A DNA stretch of 64,000 nt from Syntrophorhabdaceae bacterium (GCA_963665295.1 OY762209.1:2592001-2656000); one strand, 5' to 3'. Shown: positions 40,473-51,583, counted from the first letter of the stretch. Translations and numbers: made by a program. The notes: a model not told the origin generated them from the sequence alone.

Positions 40473-42050
40473 ATGATTCACGGAGGTTCAGCAGAGTTCT
40501 TCAATGCAGCGGATTATTTTATCGACAGAAACATACGTCAGGGCCGGGGCCACAAGGTTGCCGTGTACACGGAAAAACGTAACTATACCTATAACGATAT
40601 TCAGAAGATGACCAACAAGACCGCCAATGCATTGAGGGAGCTCGGAGTCCGGGTGGACGACCGCGTGGTGCTTCTCATGCTCGACGTCCCCCAGTTCTAT
40701 GCCATATTCTGGGGCGCCATCAAGATAGGGGCGGTGCCCATCCCCGTCAATACCATGCTCACCCCCGAGGACTACGAATATTACCTCAACGACAGCCGTG
40801 CCCGGGTACTGGTCATATCGGTCCAGCTCGTGCCCACGGTCATGAAGATCCGGGGCGACCTGAGATACCTCAGGGACCTCATCATTATCTCGGAAACCGA
40901 GGGGGCTCACATCCCCTTTAAACAGAAGTACCGCCATGCGCCGGAGACGATCAAGACGGAGTTCACCACGAAAGACGACGTGGGGTTCTGGCTTTACAGT
41001 TCCGGGTCTACAGGAGCCCCGAAAGGTGCGATCCATTCCCATTACGACATGGTGGCAGCAGCTGAAGCATTCGGTCAAGGCGTGTTAGGACTTACCGAGG
41101 ACGACATTCTTTTTTCTGCAGCAAGACTTTTCTTTGCATACGGGCTCGGAAACGCGTGTTACTTTCCCCTGTCCGTAGGAGCATCCGTAGTACTCAATCC
41201 AGGGGCACCCAATCCTGAAAGCGTGTTCCACCATCTCGAGCGATTCCGCCCGACTGTCTTCTTCGGTATACCTACACTCTATGGACAGATGCTTGAATAC
41301 CTTGAGAAACGTGACAAAGAAACGGGCTCCACCCCGGACCCCAACTCGAACCACGAATTCTCGTCTGTCCGTATTTGTGTGTCTGCAGGAGAGGCGCTGC
41401 CGCCCGACATATATTTTCGCTGGAAAAAACGCTTCGGCATAGATATTCTGGACGGCATAGGCTCCACAGAGATGCTTCATATATTCATTTCCAACCGCCC
41501 GGGTGAGGTTAAACCGGGGTCCACGGGAAAACCCGTCCCCGGCTACGAACTCCGGCTTGTGGATGATGAAGGCCGTGATGTGCCGCCCGGCGAGATCGGC
41601 ACCCTCCTTGCGAAGGGGTCAAGTTCCGCCCAGCAGTACTGGAGAAAGCGGGAGAAGACGAGACTCACCATGCAGGGCGAGTGGATCAATACAGGCGACA
41701 AGTACTACATGGACGAGGACGGTTTCTACTGGTGCGCGGGCAGGGGAGACGACATGTTGAAGGTAGGGGGCATCTGGGTCTCTCCCGTGGAAGTGGAGAA
41801 CTGCCTGATTGAACATCACGCAGTGCTCGAAGCCGCCGTGGTGGGCTCCATGGACCCCAAGGGGCTTGTGAAGCCGAAGGCATTCGTGGTGCTGAGCGGT
41901 GGAGAGAGTCCGTCCCCCGAGCTTGAGAAGGAATTGAAGCAGTGGGTCCTTGACCGTATGGCGAAGTACAAGTACCCGAGATGGATAGAGTTCGTCAAGG
42001 AGCTTCCCAAGAGCACCACGGGTAAGATACAGAGGTTTAAACTGCGGTAA
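40473..42050 (+). CDS. Benzoate-CoA ligase family protein
   Basis: FWLYSSGSTGAPKG, LFFAYGLGN, DGIGSTEMLHIFISN, MLKVGGIWVSP, TGKIQRFKLR. Confidence 0.93.
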   Translation: MIHGGSAEFFNAADYFIDRNIRQGRGHKVAVYTEKRNYTYNDIQKMTNKTANALRELGVRVDDRVVLLMLDVPQFYAIFWGAIKIGAVPIPVNTMLTPEDYEYYLNDSRARVLVISVQLVPTVMKIRGDLRYLRDLIIISETEGAHIPFKQKYRHAPETIKTEFTTKDDVGFWLYSSGSTGAPKGAIHSHYDMVAAAEAFGQGVLGLTEDDILFSAARLFFAYGLGNACYFPLSVGASVVLNPGAPNPESVFHHLERFRPTVFFGIPTLYGQMLEYLEKRDKETGSTPDPNSNHEFSSVRICVSAGEALPPDIYFRWKKRFGIDILDGIGSTEMLHIFISNRPGEVKPGSTGKPVPGYELRLVDDEGRDVPPGEIGTLLAKGSSSAQQYWRKREKTRLTMQGEWINTGDKYYMDEDGFYWCAGRGDDMLKVGGIWVSPVEVENCLIEHHAVLEAAVVGSMDPKGLVKPKAFVVLSGGESPSPELEKELKQWVLDRMAKYKYPRWIEFVKELPKSTTGKIQRFKLR

Positions 42051-42090
42051 GCCGTAGAGAATAAAGCTGTCACGGTCCTTCGGGATCACA

Positions 42091-42125
42091 ATGCGGGCGC
42101 CTCGATTCGGGACGCCCGCATTTCT
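42091..42125 (+). terminator. Putative intrinsic terminator
   Basis: ATGCGGGCG...CGCCCGCAT followed by TTCT. Confidence 0.6.
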
Positions 42126-42366
42126 ATTCCCGCCCCCCTTTCCGGCCCCGTAAAGCGTGATGGAGGCGAAGGCGGGGCAAGCCGCCGCCCGACGACGAAC
42201 TGTATACATCAGGTGAGCTCCTATGAAAAAGAAACGTTAAGCAATCAAACTACTTAGAGACGTACAAGCCCGAATGTCACTTAAGAAAATACCGCGCATT
42301 CCGATAACTGTTGTGACCCATTAAATCACTTGATTCTATACTACAATTCAAAAAAGGGGGTTTCAG

Positions 42367-42825
42367 ATGAGAAGAGTTTTATCGGGAATGGCATTGGCGA
42401 TAATGGTTGTTTTTGGCATGGTATGTCTGGTTAGCGCTTCGTCGCAGGATGACGCGAAAGCGTTCGCGGAAAAGGCGGCGGCATTCGCGAAGGCGAACGG
42501 CAAGGAGAAAGCCGTCGCCGAGTTCAACAATCCCAAGGGTCAGTTCGTAAAGGGAGACCTTTACATATTCGCCAATGACTTCGGCGGCATATGCCTCGCG
42601 AACGGCGGGACACCTCAACTTGTGGGAAAAAACCTTCTCGGGCTGAAGGATGCGACGGATAAGTATTTCTTTAAGGAAATGACGGACCTCGCGAAGACGA
42701 AGGGGTCCGGCTGGGTCAACTATTCATGGACCAACCCGGTGAGCAAGAAGGTGCAGCCGAAGGTGACGTGGGTCCAGAAGGTGGAAGGGGCCGAATACTA
42801 TATCGGCTGCGGCGTATATAAGTAA
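42367..42825 (+). CDS. Stand-alone periplasmic single-Cache domain protein
   Basis: Signal peptide; FVKGDLYIF...GKNLLGLKD...GSGWVNYSWTNP...PK. Confidence 0.88.
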   Translation: MRRVLSGMALAIMVVFGMVCLVSASSQDDAKAFAEKAAAFAKANGKEKAVAEFNNPKGQFVKGDLYIFANDFGGICLANGGTPQLVGKNLLGLKDATDKYFFKEMTDLAKTKGSGWVNYSWTNPVSKKVQPKVTWVQKVEGAEYYIGCGVYK

Positions 42826-43179
42826 GGGACGGCGATAATGTCTCCCGGCCCGGTTCTCTCACGGGATACCTCCCCTGGTAAAGGCGCTTTTCATCTTTTC
42901 AGGGTGGGGGGCTTAAGGGAGAAGGGGTTTTGGTCGATAATGGGTCAGATACAAAAACAAGTTCGGTAATTGTCAGGTCTCGGAGGCGGCAGATGAGAAA
43001 ACCGGTTTGCAGGATAGGCTGTCCGGCACGGGGACTGAAAGGGACTTGGACCGGCAAGATCAAAGGAGCGGATGGATATACTTTGAGAGGAACGCATTGG
43101 TAAACATAGAGAGCATGATGTCCGGATACGCTCCGCCGTTACCGGGCATCATGCCGGATAATCCAGAGGGGGTCACACA

Positions 43180-44811
43180 ATGAAGGCATGGCTGAGCAAC
43201 CTGCAAATGACGAAAAAACTCTTAGTCTCTCCATTCACGGCAATTCTATTCCTGCTTGTCTTCGGCCTGGTGTCGTACGCCGGGTTCTTCCGGCAGAAAG
43301 CGGCGCTCGACGACATCTTCAACACGAGATTCAAGTACTATCAGTCAACCGCGGGCGTGGTCATCGGCCTCAAGGAGGTCCATGGCAATATCTATAAACT
43401 CCTGAGCTGGGAAAGCTCCAACTATGACAAGGCGCGGATCACCGCCTTCGCCGACGAGCAGTTTGTCACACTCAAGAAGGTGGCCGCCGAACTGGAAGAG
43501 AAGACCAGGAGCGCGAACCTGACCAAAACCGAAAAGGCCTGTTTCCAATCGACTGCGGAGTTGTTGGCCAAGTATCAGGACTCGTTGCGCCAGATTGCGG
43601 GCCTGGACGCGGCCACGGCGTCCATGTTGATGACCCAGGCGGACGACATATTTCAGACTATGAGCAAGAAACTCGATGAACTGATGGCGCTGGAAAACAA
43701 GTTGAGTAAGGACCAGTACACCTCTTCCGGACGGACCTTCCAACTTGTGATCATTGTTTCCGCCCTTGTCCTGATCGCGGCCATTGTGCTGCCTTTCGGA
43801 CTGAGCATGCTCATGCGCGCCATCATCCTCACTCCCATAAACAGGACTGTGGATGCCATAGAAGCTGTTGCCCAGGGCGACCTTACGAAGCGCATTGACG
43901 TTTCTTCCAGGGATGAGGTAGGAGAGATGGCCAAACATTTTAACCTATTTGTCGAAAAGTTGCATGATACGATCAAGCACGTGGCGGAGAGCAGCGACGA
44001 AGTCTCGGCTGCGGCCAATACCCTTGATAATGCAACGGAGCACATGGCCACGGGCGTGGAAGAAGCGGCCATGCAGGTAAACTCGGTGGCCACCGCAAGT
44101 GAGGAGATGTCGAAGACCTCTTCGGAAATAGCGCAGAACTGCATGACCGCCGCGAGAAGCTCGGAGAAGGCGACGAGTTCGGCGGGGACCGGCGAGACTA
44201 TCATACAGGAGACGATCAACGTGATGAACCGCATTAGCGAGCGGGTGAAAGAATCGGCGGGGATCATCAAGAGCCTCGGGGCGCGGTCGGACCAGATAGG
44301 CCAGATAGTGGGTCTCATAAATGACGTAGCAGACCAGACGAACCTTCTCGCTTTGAACGCGGCAATCGAGGCGGCGCGAGCGGGCGAACACGGCAGGGGC
44401 TTCGCGGTAGTTGCCGACGAGGTAAGGAAACTCGCCGAGAGAACGAGCGATGCTACTAAGGAGATCGGCGAAACCATACGGGCAATGCAGTCCGAAACCA
44501 AGAAGGCGGTTTCCTCCATGGAAGAAGGGGTGGGCGAAGTGGGGAGAGGCACTCTGGAGGCCGGCAAATCAGGCGAGGCCCTGAAAGAGATCCTCCACCA
44601 GATCAACAAGGTCACCTCGGAGATTAACCAGATCGCGGTAGCATCGGAACAGGAGACGGCCACGACCAACGAGATAGCGGTGAGCATACAGCAGATCTCG
44701 ATGGTAATGCAGTAGACGGCCCAGAGGATTCAGGACAACGCGGGCGCCTCGGCTCAACTCGCGGACCTCTCGAAGGGATTGCAGAAGACCGTGGGCCAGT
44801 TCCGGATATAA
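43180..44811 (+). CDS. Methyl-accepting chemotaxis protein with an in-frame TAG at 44713-44715
   Basis: [46 protein letters not shown]; frame continues past the TAG to [10 protein letters not shown]. Confidence 0.9.
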
Positions 44812-44844
44812 GGACCAAAAAGAAAGAGACTTCAGAGAAATGCG

Positions 44845-44872
44845 GGGGCCGCCTACAGGGTGGCCCCTTTTT
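44845..44872 (+). terminator. Intrinsic terminator
   Basis: GGGGCCGCC-TACAG-GGTGGCCCC-TTTTT. Confidence 0.8.
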
Positions 44873-44998
44873 CGTCCATCCCTGCGGGACCTTCCATCGG
44901 GGCCCTCCCCGATCCCGTGTACAGAACCGTGACCGGCGACCCGCGCCGGACCTCTTTTTCTGTTGCTTTATTACCCTTAAGCCTGTTAATTTAGAGAG

Positions 44999-45769
44999 TT
45001 GCTGATGAAGAAAGCCGCTTTCATAAATGTGCCGTTCAGGCAGGTTGAGGGTAACCTGAAGAGGATACTCGACCTGGACATAGGTATAGAGATCTATTTG
45101 GAGAACAACCTCGTCGAGGAAATGGAGCTTCGTGAGGCAAAAGAGATGGGCGCCAGGCTTGAGGGGTATGGAATAGCCTGCACGGTACACGCCCCTTTCA
45201 TGGACCTGAGTCCCGGCGGGTACGACAGGGCCGTGAGGAGGATAACACGGGACAAGCTGAAGAAGACCGTCGAAATGGCGCGACTCCTCCGTGCGCGAGG
45301 CGTGGTCTGCCATCCCGGTTACGACAAGTGGCGTTTTGACCGAAACGAGGAGTTGTGGCTCGAGGGGAGCATAGACACGTGGACGGAGGTGCTCAAAGAG
45401 GCAAAGGATGGACCCCTCATAATGGTGGAAAACATTTTTGAAGAGCATCCTTCCACGCTTATTGCCCTCTTCGATGCCTTCAGGAACCAGAACCTCTGGT
45501 TCTGCTTTGACTCGGGGCATTTCAACCTCTTCTCTACGGTTTCACTGGATGGCTGGCTTGTTCCTTTAAGGGACAGGATCAGAGAGATGCACCTTCACGA
45601 CAACCATGGAGGATGGGACGAACACCTTCCTATCGGAACGGGAACGTTCCCTTTCCGGGAATTGAAGGCCTTCCTCAAAAACGCCGGAGATATCGCATTT
45701 ACCACCGAAGTACACGGTGAAGCTCACGCCTTGGAAAGTCTAAAAAAATTAAAGGAGTTTCTATCATAA
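44999..45769 (+). CDS. Sugar-phosphate isomerase/AP-endonuclease-2 TIM-barrel protein
   Basis: VHAPFMDL, VCHPG, VENIFE, CFDSGH, HLHDN.G..DEHLPIG. Confidence 0.88.
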   Translation: MLMKKAAFINVPFRQVEGNLKRILDLDIGIEIYLENNLVEEMELREAKEMGARLEGYGIACTVHAPFMDLSPGGYDRAVRRITRDKLKKTVEMARLLRARGVVCHPGYDKWRFDRNEELWLEGSIDTWTEVLKEAKDGPLIMVENIFEEHPSTLIALFDAFRNQNLWFCFDSGHFNLFSTVSLDGWLVPLRDRIREMHLHDNHGGWDEHLPIGTGTFPFRELKAFLKNAGDIAFTTEVHGEAHALESLKKLKEFLS

Positions 45770-48751
45770 ATGGCCTATAGAATCGAAGTCGCATACAAGA
45801 AAGGGATCAGGGACGTGCCCGGTGAGAAGCTGAGGAAGCGGATTCAAGGGGATTTCGGTCTTACCGTCGAAGCCAATGTGGCGGACGTCTACACGGTGGA
45901 CGCAGACCTGGAGAGCAGGATTATCGATATTCTGTCCACCGATGCCTTCATTGACCCCGTTACGCAGGCGGGATACGTGACTCGGCCCACCCCCACCGAC
46001 GCGGACTGGGTGGTTGAAGTGGGCTATAAACCCGGTGTGACGGACAATGTGGGAAGGACCGCGAGAGAAGTGATAGAAGCCCTCGCGGGCCGGAAATTCG
46101 GCGAGGGTGAGAGGGTTTACACTTCGCGAATGTATTTCCTTAAAGGAAAACTTGAAGAGAAGGACGTCGTAAACATCGCCGAGGGCATGCTGGCCAATAC
46201 ACTTATAAATAGGTATGCCTACAAGAAAGCGGACCAGTATGAAAGGGACGGAGGGATGGGGGTCAATGTGCCCCGGGTCTCCATCCGGCATGAGCCGGTT
46301 GTGGAAAGCTTCCCTCTCACTGCGGGCATCGATGAGATGATGAAGATAAACAGGGAGAGGACGTGGGCGCTCTCGCGGGATGAACTGATGGCCATCCAGC
46401 GTTATTTCCTCCGGACCGGGACCAGGGAAGCGAGAAAAAGCGCGGGCCTCGATGAATCTCCTACCGATGTGGAGATAGAAGTTCTTGCCCAGACGTGGTC
46501 CGAGCACTGTAAGCACAAGATATTCAATGCAGTGATAGAGTACGAAGAAGACGGCGTTGTCCGGACCATAGACAGCCTTTTCAAGACCTATATCGTGGGT
46601 TCGACGGACAAGATACGGAAACAAAAAGGCAGGAAGGATTTTTGTCTCTCCGTATTCAAGGACAATGCCGGGATCATACGGTTCGACGGGAAATCGAACC
46701 TTGCCTACAAGGTGGAGACCCACAACACGCCGTCGGCCCTGGACCCTTACGGCGGAGCCCTCACGGGGATAGTGGGCGTGAACCGGGACCCCTTCGGCAC
46801 AGGCAAGGGGGCGAAACTCATATTCAATACGGACGTCTTCTGTTTTGCCGCCCCGGACTACAAGGGCGAGATACCGCCGCGGCTCCTCCATCCGAAACGC
46901 GTCCTTGAGGGCGTGAGGGAAGGTGTGGAGCACGGAGGGAACAAGAGCGGGATTCCCACGGTGAACGGATCCCTTGTCTTTCATGAAGGTTATCTCGGCA
47001 AACCCCTGGTGTTTTGCGGTACCTGCGGTATTATGCCCCGCGTGATCAAAGGCGAGCCCACCCATGTGAAAGAGGCTCGAAAGGGCGATGCCATCATTAT
47101 GGTGGGGGGCAGGATCGGAAAAGACGGCATCCACGGCGCGACCTTTTCGTCCGAGGAGTTGTCCGAGGTATCACCTACGAGCGCGGTCCAGATAGGCGAC
47201 CCGATCACTCAGAAGAGGATGACCGATTTTCTCCTCATTGCAAGAGATATGGACCTTTATACCTCCATTACGGATAACGGAGCAGGAGGACTTTCGTCAT
47301 CGGTGGGAGAGATGGCTCAGGACACGAACGGCTGTATACTCCACATCGACAGGGCGCCCCTCAAATACCAGGGTTTGTCGCCGTGGGAAGTGCTCCTTTC
47401 CGAGGCCCAGGAGCGGATGAACGTATCCGTGAGCCCGGAAAAACTCGATGCTTTCATGACTCTCTCTGAAAAGATGAACGTTACCTCCACGGTCTTGGGG
47501 GAATTCACCGATACGGGAAAGTTCCACGTCCTTTACAAAGGGAAGACCGTCGCGTACCTGGACATGGAATTCCTTCACAACGGCCTGCCAAAAATGCAGC
47601 TCCCCGCGAAATGGGAGCGGCGGATACGGGACGAGGCGCCCATAGAGGAACCGGGAGATTACGCGCTGACCCTCAAGAATATCCTCCGGCGCTGGAACGT
47701 GTGCAGTAAGGAATACGTGGTCCGTCAGTACGACCACGAGGTCCAGGGAGGCAGTGTGGTAAAGCCTCTCACGGGCAAAACCAACGACGGCCCAAGCGAC
47801 GCGGGTGTGGTGAGACCCGACCTGGGCGGCAGGAAAGGGGTCGTGGCAAGCCACGGCATTTGCCCGAAGTACAGTGAATTCGATACCTACCATATGGTCG
47901 CCTCAGCGATTGACGAGGCCATAAGGAACAATATTGCCACAGGCGGAACCCTGACCAGAATGGCCCTTCTTGATAATTTCTGCTGGTCCGACCCCGTGGT
48001 ATCCGAGAGGAACCCTGAAGGTCCTTACAAACTTGCCCAGCTCGTGAGGGCGAACATGGCCCTCTACGATTACACGACCCTCTTCGGCACGCCCTGCATA
48101 TCGGGCAAAGACAGTATGAAGAATGACTATATGTTCAAAGACATAAAGATTTCCGTGCCCCAGACGTTGCTCGTATCGGCTGTCTCCGTGATCGATGATA
48201 TCGGATGTGTGACCACCATGGACTTCAAAGAGGGCGGTGATCTGATTGTGATTGTGGGAAAGACCTACCCCGAGATGGGAGGGTCGGAATACCTGGCTTC
48301 ACACGGTCTTCACGGAAATATTCCCCCCAGGGTAAGAGGTCCCATGGCAAAGAAGACTTACAAAGGTATGGAGAAGGCGATCAAGTCGGGCATCGTGAGG
48401 TCCTGTCATGACCTGTCGGACGGCGGTCTGGCCGTTGCCCTTGCTGAAAGTGCCTTCGCGGGCGGACTGGGGGTTGATGTGGACCTTTCCTCCGTGCCTT
48501 TCTCCGGTATATTCAGGGACGATTTCCTGTTTTTTTCCGAGTCCCAGAGCCGTTTTATCGTCTCCATAAAAGAGGCTGACTACGAGAGGTTCGCCACGTT
48601 CCTCAAAGGTGTCCCCATGAGCGCCATCGGACGGGTGAGAAAAGACGAGAGCTTTGTCGTGAAAGGCATGAACGGCAATACCATTATCGACACGGGGATA
48701 AAGGGTCTCAAAGAAGCCTGGCAAGGGCCGTTCAAAGAGAACTACGCATAA
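45770..48751 (+). CDS. purL: Phosphoribosylformylglycinamidine synthase PurL with PurS-like N-terminal extension
   Basis: QTWSEHCKHK, ETHNTPS, DNGAGGLSS, SEAQERM, QYDHEVQ, SGKDSM. Confidence 0.95.
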   Translation: MAYRIEVAYKKGIRDVPGEKLRKRIQGDFGLTVEANVADVYTVDADLESRIIDILSTDAFIDPVTQAGYVTRPTPTDADWVVEVGYKPGVTDNVGRTAREVIEALAGRKFGEGERVYTSRMYFLKGKLEEKDVVNIAEGMLANTLINRYAYKKADQYERDGGMGVNVPRVSIRHEPVVESFPLTAGIDEMMKINRERTWALSRDELMAIQRYFLRTGTREARKSAGLDESPTDVEIEVLAQTWSEHCKHKIFNAVIEYEEDGVVRTIDSLFKTYIVGSTDKIRKQKGRKDFCLSVFKDNAGIIRFDGKSNLAYKVETHNTPSALDPYGGALTGIVGVNRDPFGTGKGAKLIFNTDVFCFAAPDYKGEIPPRLLHPKRVLEGVREGVEHGGNKSGIPTVNGSLVFHEGYLGKPLVFCGTCGIMPRVIKGEPTHVKEARKGDAIIMVGGRIGKDGIHGATFSSEELSEVSPTSAVQIGDPITQKRMTDFLLIARDMDLYTSITDNGAGGLSSSVGEMAQDTNGCILHIDRAPLKYQGLSPWEVLLSEAQERMNVSVSPEKLDAFMTLSEKMNVTSTVLGEFTDTGKFHVLYKGKTVAYLDMEFLHNGLPKMQLPAKWERRIRDEAPIEEPGDYALTLKNILRRWNVCSKEYVVRQYDHEVQGGSVVKPLTGKTNDGPSDAGVVRPDLGGRKGVVASHGICPKYSEFDTYHMVASAIDEAIRNNIATGGTLTRMALLDNFCWSDPVVSERNPEGPYKLAQLVRANMALYDYTTLFGTPCISGKDSMKNDYMFKDIKISVPQTLLVSAVSVIDDIGCVTTMDFKEGGDLIVIVGKTYPEMGGSEYLASHGLHGNIPPRVRGPMAKKTYKGMEKAIKSGIVRSCHDLSDGGLAVALAESAFAGGLGVDVDLSSVPFSGIFRDDFLFFSESQSRFIVSIKEADYERFATFLKGVPMSAIGRVRKDESFVVKGMNGNTIIDTGIKGLKEAWQGPFKENYA

Positions 48752-48762
48752 GAGCCTCCATC

Positions 48763-48790
48763 ATCGGGGCCTCCGCACAGAGGCCCCGAT
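48763..48790 (+). terminator. Hairpin after purL, putative terminator
   Basis: ATCGGGGCCTC / GAGGCCCCGAT 11-bp stem. Confidence 0.65.
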
Positions 48791-48904
48791 TTGCTGTTTC
48801 AGGGATGAACTTCATAACAGTTCCATAGGATCAGGATCGGTCCCTCCGGGAAGGCGTTTGATTTGCCGACCACCGCTGACCGGGGATATTCACGTTTGAT
48901 TAAT

Positions 48905-50825
48905 CTGAAGTTCCCCGCCCAATATTAACCCATCACCTTGATATTCCAATGATTATGGCAGAAATTGATTTCCCGTTACTGGCTACAGTCCGAGGAGGGC
49001 AAGGGCGCGGGCCTGGAGAGGTGTCGGATCAGTAAGAAGGGTGAAGGCCGGGGCCATGGAGTCCAAAACCATCCTGCACCGGTTTTTGCATCGGGTCCCC
49101 AGTGCGGCAAGGAGGGTACGGAAGCTCTGGACGGGAAGGCCGTCAGGGGTGAGCTTGGTGGTCTTCTTTTTCTTTGCGGAAGAAGATGACTCCGCGGGCT
49201 TTACCGGGTCTCTCGTCGTTCGTGAGAGGGGAAGCTCCTCATCGTCGAAGAGCAGCGGCGTAAGGGCCTCCCTCATATGCCACTCTACGTAATAGGCGAG
49301 GGTGCAGAGAAAGATGTGGGCTCGCACGTGATCCTCGGTACGGTGGTGAATGGGACGGACGAGAAGATCGATGCCCTTCAAGGTCCTGAAGGCCCGCTCT
49401 ACCCGGGCAAGGTTCTTGTAGTTCCGTACCACATCGGCGGGAGGAAGGGCTGGTTCACTCGTACGGATCACATAGATCCCGTCGAGGGCTTCTTCTTCGG
49501 TGATTGACTCCTCGTTCCGGGCGAATGAGAAGGACCCGTCTCCGATGGTAAGGATAAAGTGCTTCGCCATCTTGTGATCGTTGACTACCGCGCCGACTTT
49601 CTTCCCTATCTCCGCTGCGGAAAGAGGCGTCCTTGTCCTTCTCCCGACCGCCCGTACAATGGAGGACAACTTCTTTTCCGTCACATCGAGGAGCGCGTTT
49701 CTTTTCCTCTTTCTCTCTTCGGCAAGAAGGGGGTTGAAGCAAGCGATGAGCCTTTCCCCCGGATACTCGGGAGAGGTGATTTCCGCAAAGTCCTGGGTAT
49801 CGAAGAGGGACATCTGGATGCTCCCCTGTCCCACAAGCTCGCGTATGGCGGAAGACCTGAGGGCCGATATCCACCCTATGCCGGGCATCTCCTTTATCTT
49901 TGTAATCTGTGTCTCCGTAAGCATGCCCCTGTCGCCCACGAGGACGAGGTGATCGAGACCGAATCTTTCTTTGAGCTTTGCCGTCTGGTCGGGAATGGTA
50001 GAGGGATCGCCCGTATTCCCCGGATAGACGGTAACTGCAACAGGTCGGCCTTCGTGATCGGTGAGTACTCCATAGACGATGATCCTCTTTCCCTTTTCAT
50101 CCCGGTCATGGCCGAACTGCGCAAGGGGACAGGTGTGGCCCTCGTAGTAACTGCTCGTCACATCGTAGAGCACGAGCGAGCCCTCGGTAAGGTGCTTATT
50201 CGCCAGCTTCTTCTCGATCCGCTCCTGTCTTGCCAAAAGCCAGTCCAGGGCATCATAGAGTTCGTCCTCATCGGCATCTGCAACCGAGAGTTCCTCCGCC
50301 ACCGAAGTAGTATGCCAGAGCCTCGTAGTTGCTAATTTCGATGAGGGGTGGATGAGGCGTTCCACGATCATGGCGATTACGAGGTCTCTCTCCCTTCCAG
50401 GCTTCGAGGCAATGACCGTATCAAGGCCAAGCTTCTTTATTGTCCCGAGTATGGCCTCCACATGGCCGTGGGGGAGAGACTGCTCAACCTTAAAGGCTTC
50501 CTTCGGAGAGACGAGAGACTCCCCTTTCAATACACGCCTCAAGAGCTCGATCTTCTCTTCCGGCCAATCAGTGAGGTTTGCGACTGTCTTCTTCTTTATC
50601 TTTTTGCCTTCCCTCCATGCCTCCCTCAAGAGGATGGCGGGCCGGGAGTTGCGGTTGGGGATGCTTTCGATGTACATGGAACATATATAGCAAATAGCTT
50701 ACCTACATGTCAAGTACATAATGCACTATTACATGGCAACAAGTAGAAGATATGATTATCACCAACTTTACATAATTTCAACGGGATAGAGTGATATTGG
50801 GGGGATTTCACAGGGGGAACTTCGG
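48905..50825 (-). mobile_element. IS1634-family insertion sequence, complete
   Basis: Terminal IRs CTGAAGTTCCCC / GGGGAACTTCGG (11/12); ATTAAT duplicated at 48899-48904 and 50826-50831. Confidence 0.93.
48983..50677 (-). CDS. IS1634-family transposase
   Basis: LYDVTSSYYEG, VGDRGM, YKNLARVERAFRTLK, RPIHH, VRAHIFLC. Confidence 0.95.
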   Translation of the reverse strand: MYIESIPNRNSRPAILLREAWREGKKIKKKTVANLTDWPEEKIELLRRVLKGESLVSPKEAFKVEQSLPHGHVEAILGTIKKLGLDTVIASKPGRERDLVIAMIVERLIHPSSKLATTRLWHTTSVAEELSVADADEDELYDALDWLLARQERIEKKLANKHLTEGSLVLYDVTSSYYEGHTCPLAQFGHDRDEKGKRIIVYGVLTDHEGRPVAVTVYPGNTGDPSTIPDQTAKLKERFGLDHLVLVGDRGMLTETQITKIKEMPGIGWISALRSSAIRELVGQGSIQMSLFDTQDFAEITSPEYPGERLIACFNPLLAEERKRKRNALLDVTEKKLSSIVRAVGRRTRTPLSAAEIGKKVGAVVNDHKMAKHFILTIGDGSFSFARNEESITEEEALDGIYVIRTSEPALPPADVVRNYKNLARVERAFRTLKGIDLLVRPIHHRTEDHVRAHIFLCTLAYYVEWHMREALTPLLFDDEELPLSRTTRDPVKPAESSSSAKKKKTTKLTPDGLPVQSFRTLLAALGTRCKNRCRMVLDSMAPAFTLLTDPTPLQARALALLGL

Positions 50826-50918
50826 ATTAATCTGGAAAGATGGGTAAAGAAAGGTGGATTTGTTCCGGGCGCCCCGGTTACCGCGAGGACGCCCGGTAAA
50901 ATTTGCTATAAGGATTTA

Positions 50919-51356
50919 TTACTTCTTCTCCGGGGCTTTTGCCGCAGGTGCCTTCGCCGCAGGAGCCTTCTCGTCTAATGCAGCTTCTCTGCCTGTTGAT
51001 ATTTCCTTGTTCTCGTCGAACTTCTTGGCTTCTTTTGCCATTTTGGCCTTGTCTGCCCTGGCTTTGTCGCCCTTCAGTGCGGGTCTTTTCTTGGTTGTTG
51101 CTTCTTCAACGCCTGTCGAGATTGCTTTGCTCTCGTCGAACTTCTTGGCTTCTTTTGCCATTTTGGCCTTGTCTGCCCTGGCTTTGTCGCCCTTCATGGG
51201 AGGTGTTTTCTCTCCTGTTGCTTCCTGTACGCCTGTCGATATTTCCTTGTTTGCGTCGAAGGGCTTCTGCTGAGCTACGGCTGCAGAAGCAATGCAAAAA
51301 GTAAAAACGAATAGTGCAGCTACTAAGATTGCTAAGACCCCTCTGTCCTTCTTCAT
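50919..51356 (-). CDS. Exported Lys/Ala-rich repeat protein
   Basis: AGGAGG RBS; signal peptide; three FDxxKxISTG motifs at 40-aa spacing. Confidence 0.8.
   Translation of the reverse strand: MKKDRGVLAILVAALFVFTFCIASAAVAQQKPFDANKEISTGVQEATGEKTPPMKGDKARADKAKMAKEAKKFDESKAISTGVEEATTKKRPALKGDKARADKAKMAKEAKKFDENKEISTGREAALDEKAPAAKAPAAKAPEKK
51001..51250. repeat. 120-bp intragenic tandem repeat
   Basis: 51011-51076 identical to 51131-51196. Confidence 0.92.
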
Positions 51357-51550
51357 CCTGACGCCCTCCTGTAAGTTTTTATGAATTCTGCCGTTTTCAC
51401 GGTTGCCGAACCAGACACAGTTCGGAATTATATTACTCTGGGAATTGTTATTTGTCAAGGAAGAACCACTGTCTTTATTGGAGGAACGGGGCGCATATGA
51501 GGCCCGGTGAGAGAGGGTTGCACAACGCAACATCCATCAGGCCCGGCGGG

Positions 51551-51583
51551 AAAAAGAAACCCGGACGGGGTTTTCCGTCCGGG
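51551..51583 (-). terminator. Intrinsic terminator after the dehydratase pair
   Basis: Minus strand CCCGGACGG-AAAACC-CCGTCCGGG-TTTCTTTTT. Confidence 0.75.

Noticed and set aside
48790..50918. Gene disrupted by IS1634
   Set aside because: Rejoining the flanks at ATTAAT gave no credible ORF in the frames read; the insertion appears intergenic between convergent genes.
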